Below are positions 18,046 through 27,158 of a stretch of 64,000 bases of DNA, piece after piece. Position numbers and translations under genes: made by a program. The notes beneath the pieces are model-generated. The model was given only the letters and a program-made list of their open reading frames with translations. It was not told where the DNA came from and made no database searches. Position 1 is the stretch's first letter, and each line of letters opens with the position of its first letter. This DNA comes from Eubacteriales bacterium (GTDB lineage: Bacteria > Bacillota > Clostridia > Oscillospirales > CAG-272), in NCBI GenBank assembly GCA_045659245.1, contig JAZOWN010000001.1:81823-145822 (forward strand), written 5' to 3'.

Positions 18046-18777
18046 TTATTGCTTTTTCATTTGCCGCAGAAAGAGCAGTACAGCTATCGCAAGTGCCGCG
18101 AGAGCATAGCCGAGCACCCACAAAAGATGGGGAAGAATCCCCCCAAAGTTGCCCGCAAGTGCTGCGCGCTCAAGCTCAACTGCGTGGACGAACGGCAGAC
18201 AGTAGGCGATTTTTTTGAAAGCACCGCCAACAAGATCGAGATCAAACCAAATGCCCGAGAGCCATGCCGAGAGGTTTGTGAGTAGAGCACCGCAGATACC
18301 GCCTACCTGCTTGTCGTTAAGAATACTGCCGAAAAGCAAGCCCATAGCGATAAATAAGAGGGATACGGGAACTATCAAAAGGATAGCGTAGATAATATTT
18401 ATCGTAACGTCAAGTCCGAGAATTATTGCGACAGCATAACAAATCACGCATTGAAGCACGGATATGGGTATGATCGGCAGGGTGTAGCCAAGTATAAAAT
18501 CAACGGGGGTGAGCGGTGTGGTATAAAGGCGCTGAAGCAATGAGCTTCCGCGATCCTTTGCGATAATGGTCGCAGAGAACAGCGTCATAAACGAGAGACC
18601 GAATACGGTCACTCCCGGCGTAAGATGCGCTATTTCAAAGAGCGGCACGGGCACGTTTGCCTGAATTGCGCTCAAAAGCAGTATCAATATAAGCGGGAAG
18701 CCGAGCCCGAAGCCTAAATTCAGGGGGTCACGTAGGTTCTCCTTTGCGTTTCTTCCCGCAAACGTCAGCATTTTCAT
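18046..18777 (-). CDS. ABC-2 type transporter permease
   Basis: 243-aa six-TM protein. Overlaps the ATPase gene by 4 nt. Confidence 0.8.
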   Translation of the reverse strand: MKMLTFAGRNAKENLRDPLNLGFGLGFPLILILLLSAIQANVPVPLFEIAHLTPGVTVFGLSFMTLFSATIIAKDRGSSLLQRLYTTPLTPVDFILGYTLPIIPISVLQCVICYAVAIILGLDVTINIIYAILLIVPVSLLFIAMGLLFGSILNDKQVGGICGALLTNLSAWLSGIWFDLDLVGGAFKKIAYCLPFVHAVELERAALAGNFGGILPHLLWVLGYALAALAIAVLLFLRQMKKQ

Positions 18778-19502
18778 TTTTGTACCCCCTTGACTATATT
18801 CACGAACGCTTGCTCAAAGCTGTCAGTCCCCGCCATTTCCTTTATGCCCTCGGCGGTTTCGCAGATCAAGAGCTTGCCGTCCTTCATAATGGCAATACGG
18901 TCGGAGAGCGCCTCCGCCTCCTCCATGTAGTGCGTTGTTAAAATTATAGTAACCTTGCCCTTGAGCGAGCGGATTATATCCCAAAGGTCGCTGCGCGCGA
19001 TAACGTCAAGACCGAGCGTAGGCTCGTCAAGGAAAAGTATTTTAGGCTCGCTGATAAGCGCCATGGCGATGCTCAACCGCCTCTGCCAGCCGCCCGAAAG
19101 CTTGCCTGCCTTTCTGCCTATCACCTCGTCAAGTCCGAGTAGGTCGCAAAGCTCTCCGATCTTTTTAGCTCGTTTTTCCTTATTAAAGCCATGAACACCA
19201 CAGATAAGATCAAGATTTTCTTTTACGGAAAGTCCGGGGGCTACTGCCGTTTCCTGCGGAGAGACCGCAATAAAGCTCTTGACAGCAATTGATTCGTACC
19301 TTACGCTCTTGCCAAAAAGATATGCGTCGCCCTCCGTAGGGGAGGTGAGGCAGGAGAGCATTTTGATCGTGGTGGTCTTTCCCGCACCGTTTACGCCGAG
19401 CAGAGAAAAGAGCTCCCCCGCCTCTATGCTAAGTGATAGATCGTCAACGGCGACTATATTCTTATAGCGCTTGGTGAGTCCTTCTATTTTTATAGCTTCC
19501 AT
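18774..19502 (-). CDS. ABC transporter ATP-binding protein
   Basis: Walker A GVNGAGKTT, signature LSGGWQRRLSIA and Walker B ILFLDEPTLGLD. Confidence 0.9.
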   Translation of the reverse strand: MEAIKIEGLTKRYKNIVAVDDLSLSIEAGELFSLLGVNGAGKTTTIKMLSCLTSPTEGDAYLFGKSVRYESIAVKSFIAVSPQETAVAPGLSVKENLDLICGVHGFNKEKRAKKIGELCDLLGLDEVIGRKAGKLSGGWQRRLSIAMALISEPKILFLDEPTLGLDVIARSDLWDIIRSLKGKVTIILTTHYMEEAEALSDRIAIMKDGKLLICETAEGIKEMAGTDSFEQAFVNIVKGVQK

Positions 19503-19505
19503 CGT

Positions 19506-20069
19506 TTAATTCTCCTTTTGAGTGTGCCTTGCACGTATTCCTTGATATACGTCCGTCAGCATATCGCTTATAAGATTTTCCTCAAGCGGTAAAAAGGACG
19601 TTGCAAGCATTGTTCCTACGCCGTGGACGTAGATCCACATCTCAAGATGCATGAGTCTTGCCGTTTCAAGACTTACGCCATTTGTTTTCATGATAATTTG
19701 CGCTGACTCTTCAAAATCAGGCGACGGGGACATATCTTCGCCCGTTCTGTCGCGCATGAAAAGCAGCTTGAAAAGCTCCTTTTCCTCGTTGGCAAAGCGG
19801 ATATACGCCATACCGTATGACTTATACGGCGGATATTTTCCGCTGCTCATTTCCTTTTGCAAAAATTCGAGGTAAAGAGAGTAGGCGGCTTTAATTACCT
19901 CCTCCTCAAGCTCCTCCATTGACGAAAAGTTTGAAAAGATAGGTTGAGTAGAGCACCCTAACGCTGCCGCTATGCTTCGCGCGTTAAGCGTAGCCTCGCC
20001 GTTTTCTCTTACTAAATCAAGCCCTGCTTTTATTATATCTTCTTTTGAAATTTTTACCTTTGGCGGCAT
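19506..20069 (-). CDS. TetR/AcrR family transcriptional regulator
   Basis: 187 aa with an N-terminal HTH (NARSIAAALGCSTQPIFSNFSSMEEL). First gene of the ABC-2 operon. Confidence 0.85.
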   Translation of the reverse strand: MPPKVKISKEDIIKAGLDLVRENGEATLNARSIAAALGCSTQPIFSNFSSMEELEEEVIKAAYSLYLEFLQKEMSSGKYPPYKSYGMAYIRFANEEKELFKLLFMRDRTGEDMSPSPDFEESAQIIMKTNGVSLETARLMHLEMWIYVHGVGTMLATSFLPLEENLISDMLTDVYQGIRARHTQKEN

Positions 20070-20097
20070 AGCGTTCTCCTTATATATCTATCGTTAT

Positions 20098-20138
20098 ATA
20101 ACAAGTGTTATTTTATCACATTTTAAGCGATTTGTCAA
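20098..20138 (-). promoter_or_regulatory. Sigma-A promoter of the tetR-ABC operon with a 6-2-6 palindrome (candidate TetR operator)
   Basis: On the minus strand: TTGACA (20133-20138), 17 nt, TAAAAT (20110-20115). Palindrome ATAACA-AG-TGTTAT at 20098-20111 abuts the -10. Confidence 0.55.
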
Positions 20139-20173
20139 TAGAAAACGTAAAAATATTTCACTTTTTGCACCAC

Positions 20174-20202
20174 TTGCAATTTGTCGGAGTGTGTGGTATA
20201 AT
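20174..20202 (+). promoter_or_regulatory. Sigma-A promoter of the divergent DMT-like gene
   Basis: TTGCAA (20174-20179), 17 nt, TATAAT (20197-20202) with an upstream TG. Confidence 0.6.
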
Positions 20203-20234
20203 ATTGCTTGTGTTTTAAGAAAGGGGGAAGGCTG

Positions 20235-21095
20235 TTGACGTATATTTTGTTGGTCATATGCGCGTTCTCAGTGTCAGCGCAAAACGTATCCAAGCAAAAA
20301 TTTAACGAGCGAAGCCGAGGCGGAACGTATTTGTTTTCGGCAATGGTTGCGCTGTTTGCACTCCTTGTCTTTGCACTTACGGGCAAGGATTGGCAGTATT
20401 CCGCAGAGCTTCTTTTACCGTCGTTGGCTTTTGCGATTTTCTATGCGCTCATGACGTGCTCTGCCGTGCTTGCGATAAACTACGGCTCATTGGCAAAGAC
20501 CTCGCTGATAATTTCTTGCTCATTGATGATACCCACGCTTTACGGTATAATATTCCTCGGCGAGGAGCTGTCGGCACCATTGCTGATAGGAGTCGCGCTT
20601 TTAGTTTTTTCCTTGATAACGGTAAACTATGAAAGGGACTCCGCAAAAAAGAAAATAACCGTTAAGTGGATAATATTCGTTACATTGGCGTTTTTGGGGA
20701 GCGGAATGTGCTCCGTTGTTCAGAGGGCTAAAACGGTATACCCCGGTAAAGAGGGCGACAGTCTTTTTATGGTGATCGCTCTCGGCGCCGTCAGCGTTAT
20801 ACTTGCAGGCGTCTCGTTGCTCTCGAAAAGGGAAAGATCTATCGCAACCGACGTCATAAGACTCGGTTGGCTGCCTGCCCTCGTTTGCGGAGTCGCAAAC
20901 GGGCTTACTAATTTTATCGTGATCTGCCTGAACAACCAAAGTTTTCCCGCGTCTGTGATGTTTCCCGTCATTTCGGGTGGAAACGTGATAATAGTTTTAC
21001 TTTACTCCGTAATATTCAAAAGGGAACGCTTCGGCGTACGTCAGATAGTCGGCTTCGCCGCAGGTATTGCATCTATTGTTCTTTTGAATTTGTGA
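20235..21095 (+). CDS. EamA-like/DMT superfamily membrane protein
   Basis: Polytopic membrane protein. The likely start is TTG 20235, after AAGGGGGAAGG (ORF-track start is 20208). Confidence 0.65.
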   Translation: MTYILLVICAFSVSAQNVSKQKFNERSRGGTYLFSAMVALFALLVFALTGKDWQYSAELLLPSLAFAIFYALMTCSAVLAINYGSLAKTSLIISCSLMIPTLYGIIFLGEELSAPLLIGVALLVFSLITVNYERDSAKKKITVKWIIFVTLAFLGSGMCSVVQRAKTVYPGKEGDSLFMVIALGAVSVILAGVSLLSKRERSIATDVIRLGWLPALVCGVANGLTNFIVICLNNQSFPASVMFPVISGGNVIIVLLYSVIFKRERFGVRQIVGFAAGIASIVLLNL

Positions 21096-21181
21096 GATAT
21101 AGTGGACGCGAATTGACGCTTTTTTGAAAAAAAGCGTCGCAAAAAACTTTATGAAAAGTTATGGTTTCGTACTAATTAAAT

Positions 21182-21210
21182 AAAAAATAATCCCCCGATT
21201 TCGGGGGATT
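21182..21210 (-). terminator. Terminator of the SH3 lipoprotein gene
   Basis: AATCCCCCGA-tt-TCGGGGGATT followed by a U-run on the minus strand. Confidence 0.8.
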
Positions 21211-21239
21211 ATTATATTTAGATTTTAATTTCTTCGATA

Positions 21240-21950
21240 TTAGCCAATTCCGCCGGAGCTTCCGCCAGTGTAGCCCTCAAAGTACTTGAAAGCACCGCTT
21301 GCAATGTAGTAGGTGTTATCCTTGTAGGTAACCTTGTACCAAGTACCTGCCTTGTTAGCAGCTACCTTTACAAGCTCACCGTTTGCGGTATCGCTGTATA
21401 TAAGAACATTGTTCGTTGCAGTCTTATCGTCAACAACGGGATCCGTACGGAGCATTACCTTTGCGTACTTATCAAGGTCCTTGGTAGCGTTAGGATCTAC
21501 AACGGTGTTCTTGATCTTTATAGCTTCAGGAGTGCAATCAACGAATTCAGCTTCAGCCTGGTTGGTGGTAACGTATGCTGCGTTAACGTAAGCCTCAGCG
21601 CCCTCGTAGGTGATCTTGTACCAATCTTTATCAGCTGCGGTAGCAACGAAGGAGTTATTGATATCTGCCTTGCCGAGAATAACGCTATCATCAGAGTCAG
21701 CCGCAGAGCGGATATTGAGGTTGTTTGCGAGAACGTATACCGTAACGTTTACATCTTCCCAAGCACCTGTATTTTTGCCCGTTTCAGCGTCAGTTTCATC
21801 GGTATTGGGAGTTGTGGTGATACCTACAAATCCGTCGTCATCCTCGAAATCGTCGCCGTTGTTGCCGACGTCGTTGCCGTTGTCACAAGCAACGAGGGAA
21901 ACGGAAAGCATCATTATGAGCGCGAGTAAAAGGGCAAGTGTTTTTTTCAT
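21240..21950 (-). CDS. Lipoprotein with two bacterial SH3 domains
   Basis: Lipobox SLVAC and an acidic linker. Two SH3b-like segments (NLNIRSAADSDDSVILGKA...WYKITYEGAEAYV and KVMLRTDP...WYKVTYKDNTYYI). Confidence 0.7.
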   Translation of the reverse strand: MKKTLALLLALIMMLSVSLVACDNGNDVGNNGDDFEDDDGFVGITTTPNTDETDAETGKNTGAWEDVNVTVYVLANNLNIRSAADSDDSVILGKADINNSFVATAADKDWYKITYEGAEAYVNAAYVTTNQAEAEFVDCTPEAIKIKNTVVDPNATKDLDKYAKVMLRTDPVVDDKTATNNVLIYSDTANGELVKVAANKAGTWYKVTYKDNTYYIASGAFKYFEGYTGGSSGGIG

Positions 21951-22109
21951 TTTAGTTCTCCTTAAATTTTAACGTTTTTAATGATTTATGTCAGAGTCCG
22001 ACACGTACGGCAAGACTCAAATATATACTGCATTTATTATATCATAATAATATGGTATATGTCAAGCACAAAAATGAATTTTTACAAAAAACTTTTCGCC
22101 CGATTTCGA

Positions 22110-22883
22110 TTAGATTGATCCTTGCTTTATGAGAATACGAATTGCCTCGATTGCAGAGGAAATTGCCCGCTCTGTGTCGTGTACCTCGTCGTCCTTCGTA
22201 TCAAGTCCCATGTTGTATCTTTCCTGATTCCAAACGCAAAGGAACACCGCTCCGCAGGATAGATCCAGCGCCGAGCCTACGGTGAAAAGCGTGGACGACT
22301 CCATCTCGCTTGCGAGAACTCCGAGTCGCTTCCAAGCTTCCCATTTTTCTTCAAGCTGGCGTGCTATGGGCATGCGTGCGGGGGAATGCTGACCGTAAAA
22401 GGAGTCCTTGCTCTGTACGACGCCCGTGTGATACGGATAGTCCGCGTTTTTTGCCGCCTGTGTGAGTGCAAAAAGCACCTCCGTGTCGGGTACGGCAGGG
22501 AACTCGGGCGGAGCGTACTCGTGCGAGGTACCGTCCTGACGGACGGCTCCCGATGCTATGACCACGTCCCCGGCGCAGACCTTCGTTGAAATACCGCCGC
22601 ACGTTCCGACTCGTATCATTGTAGTCGCACCGCAAGCGGCAAGCTCCTCGACAGCAATTGCCGTTGACGGTCCACCGATGCCCGTCGAGCAAACGGTCAC
22701 CGTCTCACCCTCAAGCGTGCCGTTATAAACGGTATATTCGCGGTTGGTGCTTACGTGGTGAGGATTTTCGAGAAACGATGCTATCTGCTTACAGCGAGCG
22801 GGGTCGCCTGGCAGAATACAGTATTTACCTACCTCACCTTTAGAAAGATTGATATGGTACTGCTTTTGAGCGTGTTCAAGCAT
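22110..22883 (-). CDS. udp: Uridine phosphorylase (PNP/UDP family nucleoside phosphorylase)
   Basis: ILPGDPARCKQIA, VCSTGIGGPSTAIAVEEL and RVGTCGG closely parallel E. coli Udp as I recall it. Confidence 0.8.
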   Translation of the reverse strand: MLEHAQKQYHINLSKGEVGKYCILPGDPARCKQIASFLENPHHVSTNREYTVYNGTLEGETVTVCSTGIGGPSTAIAVEELAACGATTMIRVGTCGGISTKVCAGDVVIASGAVRQDGTSHEYAPPEFPAVPDTEVLFALTQAAKNADYPYHTGVVQSKDSFYGQHSPARMPIARQLEEKWEAWKRLGVLASEMESSTLFTVGSALDLSCGAVFLCVWNQERYNMGLDTKDDEVHDTERAISSAIEAIRILIKQGSI

Positions 22884-22897
22884 AATTTGCTCCTTGT

Positions 22898-23767
22898 TTA
22901 GTTAAATATCATTGAGTATTCGAGGGTTACGTCCTTGCCGCTTTCTATGTGGAACATGTCGCACTTCGCCGTAAGCTCGTCGACCTCTCCGTCGAATGAA
23001 GGCAGACCGCACCAAGGCTCGATGCAAACGTAGGGCGCGTCGCTTCTCGGCTTATGCCAAAGTCCGAGATAGGGCATATCCTTATATTCGAGCGTTACAG
23101 AGCGAGAGGACTGCGCGCACTTAAGTGTTGCGCTGCTTGCGGCTCTCGACATAAATATTGCGTCAATATCAAAAAGGCTGTGGCGAAGCGGTATAATGCG
23201 TGAATCCTTGAGGGGGTATGCACGCTTTTTGCCCGTATTGAAGCAGGTGTCGGAGAAGATAAGCTCATCGGGGGTGCAATCTTCGCCAAACTCCACGCAC
23301 CAGTCCTCAAAGCTGCCGACGTCGAGCGGAACGTTGAATGCGGGGTGCGCACCGAAGGTCGCGGGCATGATAGATGTGCCTGTATTTAGAATGTTTGTGA
23401 TAGATGTTAGCTTGTTGCCCGTCAAGGTATAGGTGATCGACAGACAAAAGGCGAACGGGTACTGCTCAAGAGTAAAGTCGCTTTGAGTAAGCACGAACGT
23501 TACGGACTCCTCGGAGCTTTGCTTTGCACAAAAAACGCTGTGGCGTGCAAAGCCGTGAGTGCCCATTTGATATTCTTTGCCTTTGTGGGTATATCTACCT
23601 TGGAAAAATCTTCCGCAAATTGGGAAGAGAACGGGTGCTTGACCTGCCCAGTAGGCGGGATTGCCCTGCCACATATATTCGCATCCGTTTTTGACTACTG
23701 AAACTATTTCTGCGCCATTATCGGATATTTTTACAGTTAAATCGTTGTTTTTTAGAGTATATATCAT
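22898..23767 (-). CDS. Aldose 1-epimerase family protein
   Basis: 289 aa starting from MIYTLKNNDLTVKISDNGAEIVSV, with HGFAR and EPW motifs of the mutarotase fold. The ORF-track N-terminal extension (to 23956) is AT-rich and has no RBS. Confidence 0.75.
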   Translation of the reverse strand: MIYTLKNNDLTVKISDNGAEIVSVVKNGCEYMWQGNPAYWAGQAPVLFPICGRFFQGRYTHKGKEYQMGTHGFARHSVFCAKQSSEESVTFVLTQSDFTLEQYPFAFCLSITYTLTGNKLTSITNILNTGTSIMPATFGAHPAFNVPLDVGSFEDWCVEFGEDCTPDELIFSDTCFNTGKKRAYPLKDSRIIPLRHSLFDIDAIFMSRAASSATLKCAQSSRSVTLEYKDMPYLGLWHKPRSDAPYVCIEPWCGLPSFDGEVDELTAKCDMFHIESGKDVTLEYSMIFN

Positions 23768-23887
23768 AGTCGTATTACTCCTTAAAGTATTATTTACAAA
23801 TATTATAACAATAATATACTTGAGTTTCAAGTCATATTCGCAATATTTTTGTAAATAATAAATTTGAACATCGGTATCGGAGGAAAT

Positions 23888-24886
23888 ATGAAAAATAGGA
23901 TAATTAAACTTAATGACGTTTACGTAAGCGGTGTGTCGTCGGTTGTCGGAAAGCATGAGGCGGCGGGGCCCATGGGGGATAAATTTGATTTTTGCGACGT
24001 AAGCGACTCGTTCGGTTCGCCGACTTGGGAAAAGGCGGAGAGCGCGATGCAGAAAAAGGCATTTGAAATTTTACTTGACAAATGCGACCTTACGGTTGAG
24101 GATTTTGGCGTTATGTTTGCGGGAGATTTGCAAAACCAATGTGTAGGCTCGTCGTACGGTCTTTTGGAATTTCCCATTCCGTATATAGGGCTTTACGGCG
24201 CTTGCTCTACTGCGGCAGAGGGGCTGATGCTTGCGGCGATGAGTGTGTCTGCGGGGCATTTTGACCTTGCCGCCGCCGTTACCTCGTCGCATTACCTTGC
24301 TGCGGAGCGGCAGTACCGCTCGCCCACCGAATACGGCGCGCAACGCTCGCCAACTGCTCAATGGACGGTTACGGGCGCAGGCGCGTTTGCCGTAGGACGG
24401 ACGGGTACTGTTAAAATTACCGAGGCATGCCCCGGAATAGTTATGGACAAGGGGATAAACGACGCGTCGAATATGGGCGCGGCGATGGCGCCTGCGGCGG
24501 CAAGCACGCTTCTTGCGTACTTTGAGGAAAGCGGACTTTCCCCCTCGGATTTCGACGGCATATTTACAGGCGACCTCGGATACGAGGGTGGAACTATACT
24601 TTGCGAGTTGCTTTCGGATAAGGGCATCGATATACGCGCGGTTTATAACGACTGCGGCGTTATGATATACGACAGAATAAAGCAGGACAAGCACGCGGGC
24701 GGCTCGGGCTGCGGTTGCTCCGCGACCGTCTTTGCGGCGGATATATGGAAGCGCTTACAATGCGGTGTGCTTAAAAACGTGTTGCTTATCGGCACGGGCG
24801 CTATGATGAGTCCGTCGAGCATTCAGCAGGGGTTAAATATACCTTCTGTTGCACATCTCGTAAGGTTTGAATATGGGGGTAAATGA
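23888..24886 (+). CDS. spoVAD: Stage V sporulation protein AD (thiolase-like)
   Basis: MKNRIIKLNDVYVSGVSSVVGKHEAAGPMGDKFD N-terminus, GACSTAAEG active-site-like motif, GGAGGA RBS. Confidence 0.9.
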   Translation: MKNRIIKLNDVYVSGVSSVVGKHEAAGPMGDKFDFCDVSDSFGSPTWEKAESAMQKKAFEILLDKCDLTVEDFGVMFAGDLQNQCVGSSYGLLEFPIPYIGLYGACSTAAEGLMLAAMSVSAGHFDLAAAVTSSHYLAAERQYRSPTEYGAQRSPTAQWTVTGAGAFAVGRTGTVKITEACPGIVMDKGINDASNMGAAMAPAAASTLLAYFEESGLSPSDFDGIFTGDLGYEGGTILCELLSDKGIDIRAVYNDCGVMIYDRIKQDKHAGGSGCGCSATVFAADIWKRLQCGVLKNVLLIGTGAMMSPSSIQQGLNIPSVAHLVRFEYGGK

Positions 24887-25251
24887 TGGATATTGTGCTT
24901 GATTACGTTTGGGCGTTTGTTATTGGCGGTGCGTTTTGTATCGTTGCGCAGATACTCATAGATAAAACCTCGCTGACTCCGGCGAGAATACTCGTAGGCT
25001 ACGTCGTAGCGGGCGTTATACTCGGAGCGGTAGGGCTTTACGAGCCGCGTATGAAATTTGCGGGCGCGGGTGCGTCCACACCTCTTACGGGCTTTGGCTA
25101 CGTCATAGCAAAAGGAGTAAAGACCGCCGTGACGGAAAAGGGAGCTTTCGGGATACTTGAGGGTGGACTTGCCGCCTCTGCGGCAGTCATTTCAGCAGTG
25201 CTTGTGTTTTCCTTTGTTGCGGCGCTTCTTGGGAGAAGAAGACCTAAATAA
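24883..25251 (+). CDS. spoVAE: Stage V sporulation protein AE (SpoVAEB-type membrane protein)
   Basis: 122-aa membrane protein (IGGAFCIVAQILIDKTSLTPARILV...TPLTGFG). Overlaps spoVAD by 4 nt. Confidence 0.85.
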   Translation: MMDIVLDYVWAFVIGGAFCIVAQILIDKTSLTPARILVGYVVAGVILGAVGLYEPRMKFAGAGASTPLTGFGYVIAKGVKTAVTEKGAFGILEGGLAASAAVISAVLVFSFVAALLGRRRPK

Positions 25252-25400
25252 TAAAACGGCTGACTCGTTAGAGCGTCACTCTAAAGGAGAGTTTTCAAAA
25301 TACGGTGCATCTCGAAAGCGGTGTGCCGTATTTTACGTTTGTGTCCACAATGCAGTGCTTGTCAGGAAAATTGATAAGTCATAGATGAACACAATAAAAG

Positions 25401-25518
25401 GCTCCCTTGTGTAAAGGGAGCTCCGCCGCAGGCGGTGAGGGATTGTCTTGTGTGAAATCTTGCTTTTACAATCCCTCCGTCAGCCTTCGGCTGCCACCTC
25501 CCCTTACACAGGGGAGGC
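25401..25518. repeat. 118-nt compound palindromic element made of five hairpins
   Basis: Hairpin A: 25401-25421. Hairpin B: 25423-25435. Long stem GAGGGATTGT/ACAATCCCTC: 25437-25446 pairs with 25468-25477. Hairpin B': 25481-25493. Hairpin A': 25497-25517. The left half is the near-exact reverse complement of the right half. Confidence 0.7.
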
Positions 25519-25736
25519 TTCTTTCTACCTCCCGGAAGGTAAGCAACAGCTCTTTTGATATGCTAATGTCAAAAGTGCCTTTGCGTTACTTTTGACAAGG
25601 GCGGGTTTTATCTCCCTCCGTCTTTTCATCATAACCGTTTGTAATGGCGGCAGCAAGCCACCGCCCAACGAATTTGATTTGTTGTCTTTAATTCAGTCAG
25701 TGCTGTCAAAAAAATGACAGCGTAGTGAATAATAAA

Positions 25737-25763
25737 AACCACGGCTCGCTGTGAACCGTGGTT
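25737..25763 (-). terminator. Terminator of the 461-aa orphan gene
   Basis: AACCACGG-N11-CCGTGGTT followed by UUUUUAUUAUU on the minus strand. Confidence 0.8.
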
Positions 25764-25772
25764 AATCAATAA

Positions 25773-27158
25773 TTATTCTTCTGATGGCATTGTTATTACA
25801 ATTTCAGGGACTATTTCTGTTATTACATAATATACTTTCTGTCCGTTTATCTCAAAGCTGGATAAGTGTACATAATCCGCAGGAACATCTGCTTCTACTG
25901 TATAGAAATAACTTTCTATCTGATTGTGAGATGTTTTTGCTGGAAAAGAACAATACCAAAGAGGAGAACGATCCTCCGAAAGCGACGCGATGGTTATATC
26001 GGTCATCTTTTCATAATATTGTTGCGAGTCACCATCGTATGTATATAGGCATCCAACGATAATCTTTTCATCTGTGCGGCAGATAAACATCGCATCGATG
26101 TTTTCCTCACCGTTTTTCAGATTGAAGGCTTCGAGCATAACTACATTATCATAATCTTCTTCTACAAGCACGCGAACGCTTTCAAGATAGGCATAATAAG
26201 GGTCTGAGGCTCTATCATTGTTCTTGTCCGAAGTTATAACTCTTAAGATTCCTATAGCAGCATAAATTACGATGAACGCAATCAAGCAAATGCCGAGTAT
26301 CTTTTTAAACTTACGTCTGTTTGCAGGATATAGAGTAACTTCTGTTGATTCATCCGAGATATTTAATGCTTGTAAGGAATCATCAATTTCTTGGTTCTTT
26401 TGCTCAGCTAACTGCCTTATGGCTAATTTACCATAATTCAAATGGGCGGCTTCTTTTGCTAATGCCTCATAATATTCGTTAGCTTCTTCTTCATTTCCCT
26501 GCATAAGAGCGAGTCTTGCTTTGCAAAGTTTTCGGTGATATTGGTTGAGTATTATAGGCGTAGGCGTATTGACCCACGTAATACAAGCATCAATATTTTG
26601 CTTCAAATAGAAATCATAAAATGTCATTCGTGGGAAGCGTGTACGGCAGTTTGCTTGTTTACTCGCCTTTTCCTTAGCTAATGCAACTTCATATTGCTCA
26701 CATACGCTTCGGAGATTTTCATCATCACCAATATCAAAATACACATTAGCAAGATATGTAAGATAATGATATTTATAACGATTTGCAGTTTTCGGATCAT
26801 TTAATTTTAATTTACAAATATTGATGACATTTTGATAATGTCCGCAAAAATACTCTCCATATAATTGCCATAAAGCCGCAGGTGTATCAAATTTTCCTTG
26901 ATATACGGTCGCAAGATACGTATCGGCATCCAGTTTTTTATTCAATATTGACAGTATGCATTTGTTGAATAGAATCGGGCTACCTATTAGAATCATCAAA
27001 AGGAATACAACTAATGCTGCAAGCGTAGCAAATATGTTGCCCTGCAAAGCAACCAAGCAATATCCCAAAACAATGCACATAGCAAATACAGTACACCAAA
27101 TTTTATATCTTCTTACATATCGTTTCGCTTTTTGAATAACCTCGGGATTGTTTTGCAT
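25773..27158 (-). CDS. Hypothetical membrane protein (2 TM, helical-repeat/TPR-like region, TM, C-terminal globular domain)
   Basis: 461-aa ORF with GGAGGTGG RBS and its own promoter-like TTACTT-16-TATAAT. Visibly AT-richer than its neighbours. I recognise no family. Confidence 0.6.
   Translation of the reverse strand: MQNNPEVIQKAKRYVRRYKIWCTVFAMCIVLGYCLVALQGNIFATLAALVVFLLMILIGSPILFNKCILSILNKKLDADTYLATVYQGKFDTPAALWQLYGEYFCGHYQNVINICKLKLNDPKTANRYKYHYLTYLANVYFDIGDDENLRSVCEQYEVALAKEKASKQANCRTRFPRMTFYDFYLKQNIDACITWVNTPTPIILNQYHRKLCKARLALMQGNEEEANEYYEALAKEAAHLNYGKLAIRQLAEQKNQEIDDSLQALNISDESTEVTLYPANRRKFKKILGICLIAFIVIYAAIGILRVITSDKNNDRASDPYYAYLESVRVLVEEDYDNVVMLEAFNLKNGEENIDAMFICRTDEKIIVGCLYTYDGDSQQYYEKMTDITIASLSEDRSPLWYCSFPAKTSHNQIESYFYTVEADVPADYVHLSSFEINGQKVYYVITEIVPEIVITMPSEE

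Noticed and set aside
25526-25550. CCCGGAAGGUAAGCAAC resembles the SRP RNA domain IV motif (GUCCGGAAGGAAGCAGC).
   Set aside because: The flanking conserved SRP sequence (CAGGUCAGGUCC) and the pairing partner strand are absent. The rest of the region does not fold like 4.5S/scRNA. I also looked for tmRNA (CCACCA end, tag ORF) and RNase P (GAGGAAAGUCC) signatures and found none.
25407-25595. 62-aa ORF (MCKGSSAAGGEGLS...PPPLTQGRL...) in the spoVAE downstream region.
   Set aside because: The reading frame runs through consecutive perfect hairpins. The peptide is a by-product of the palindromic element, not a gene.
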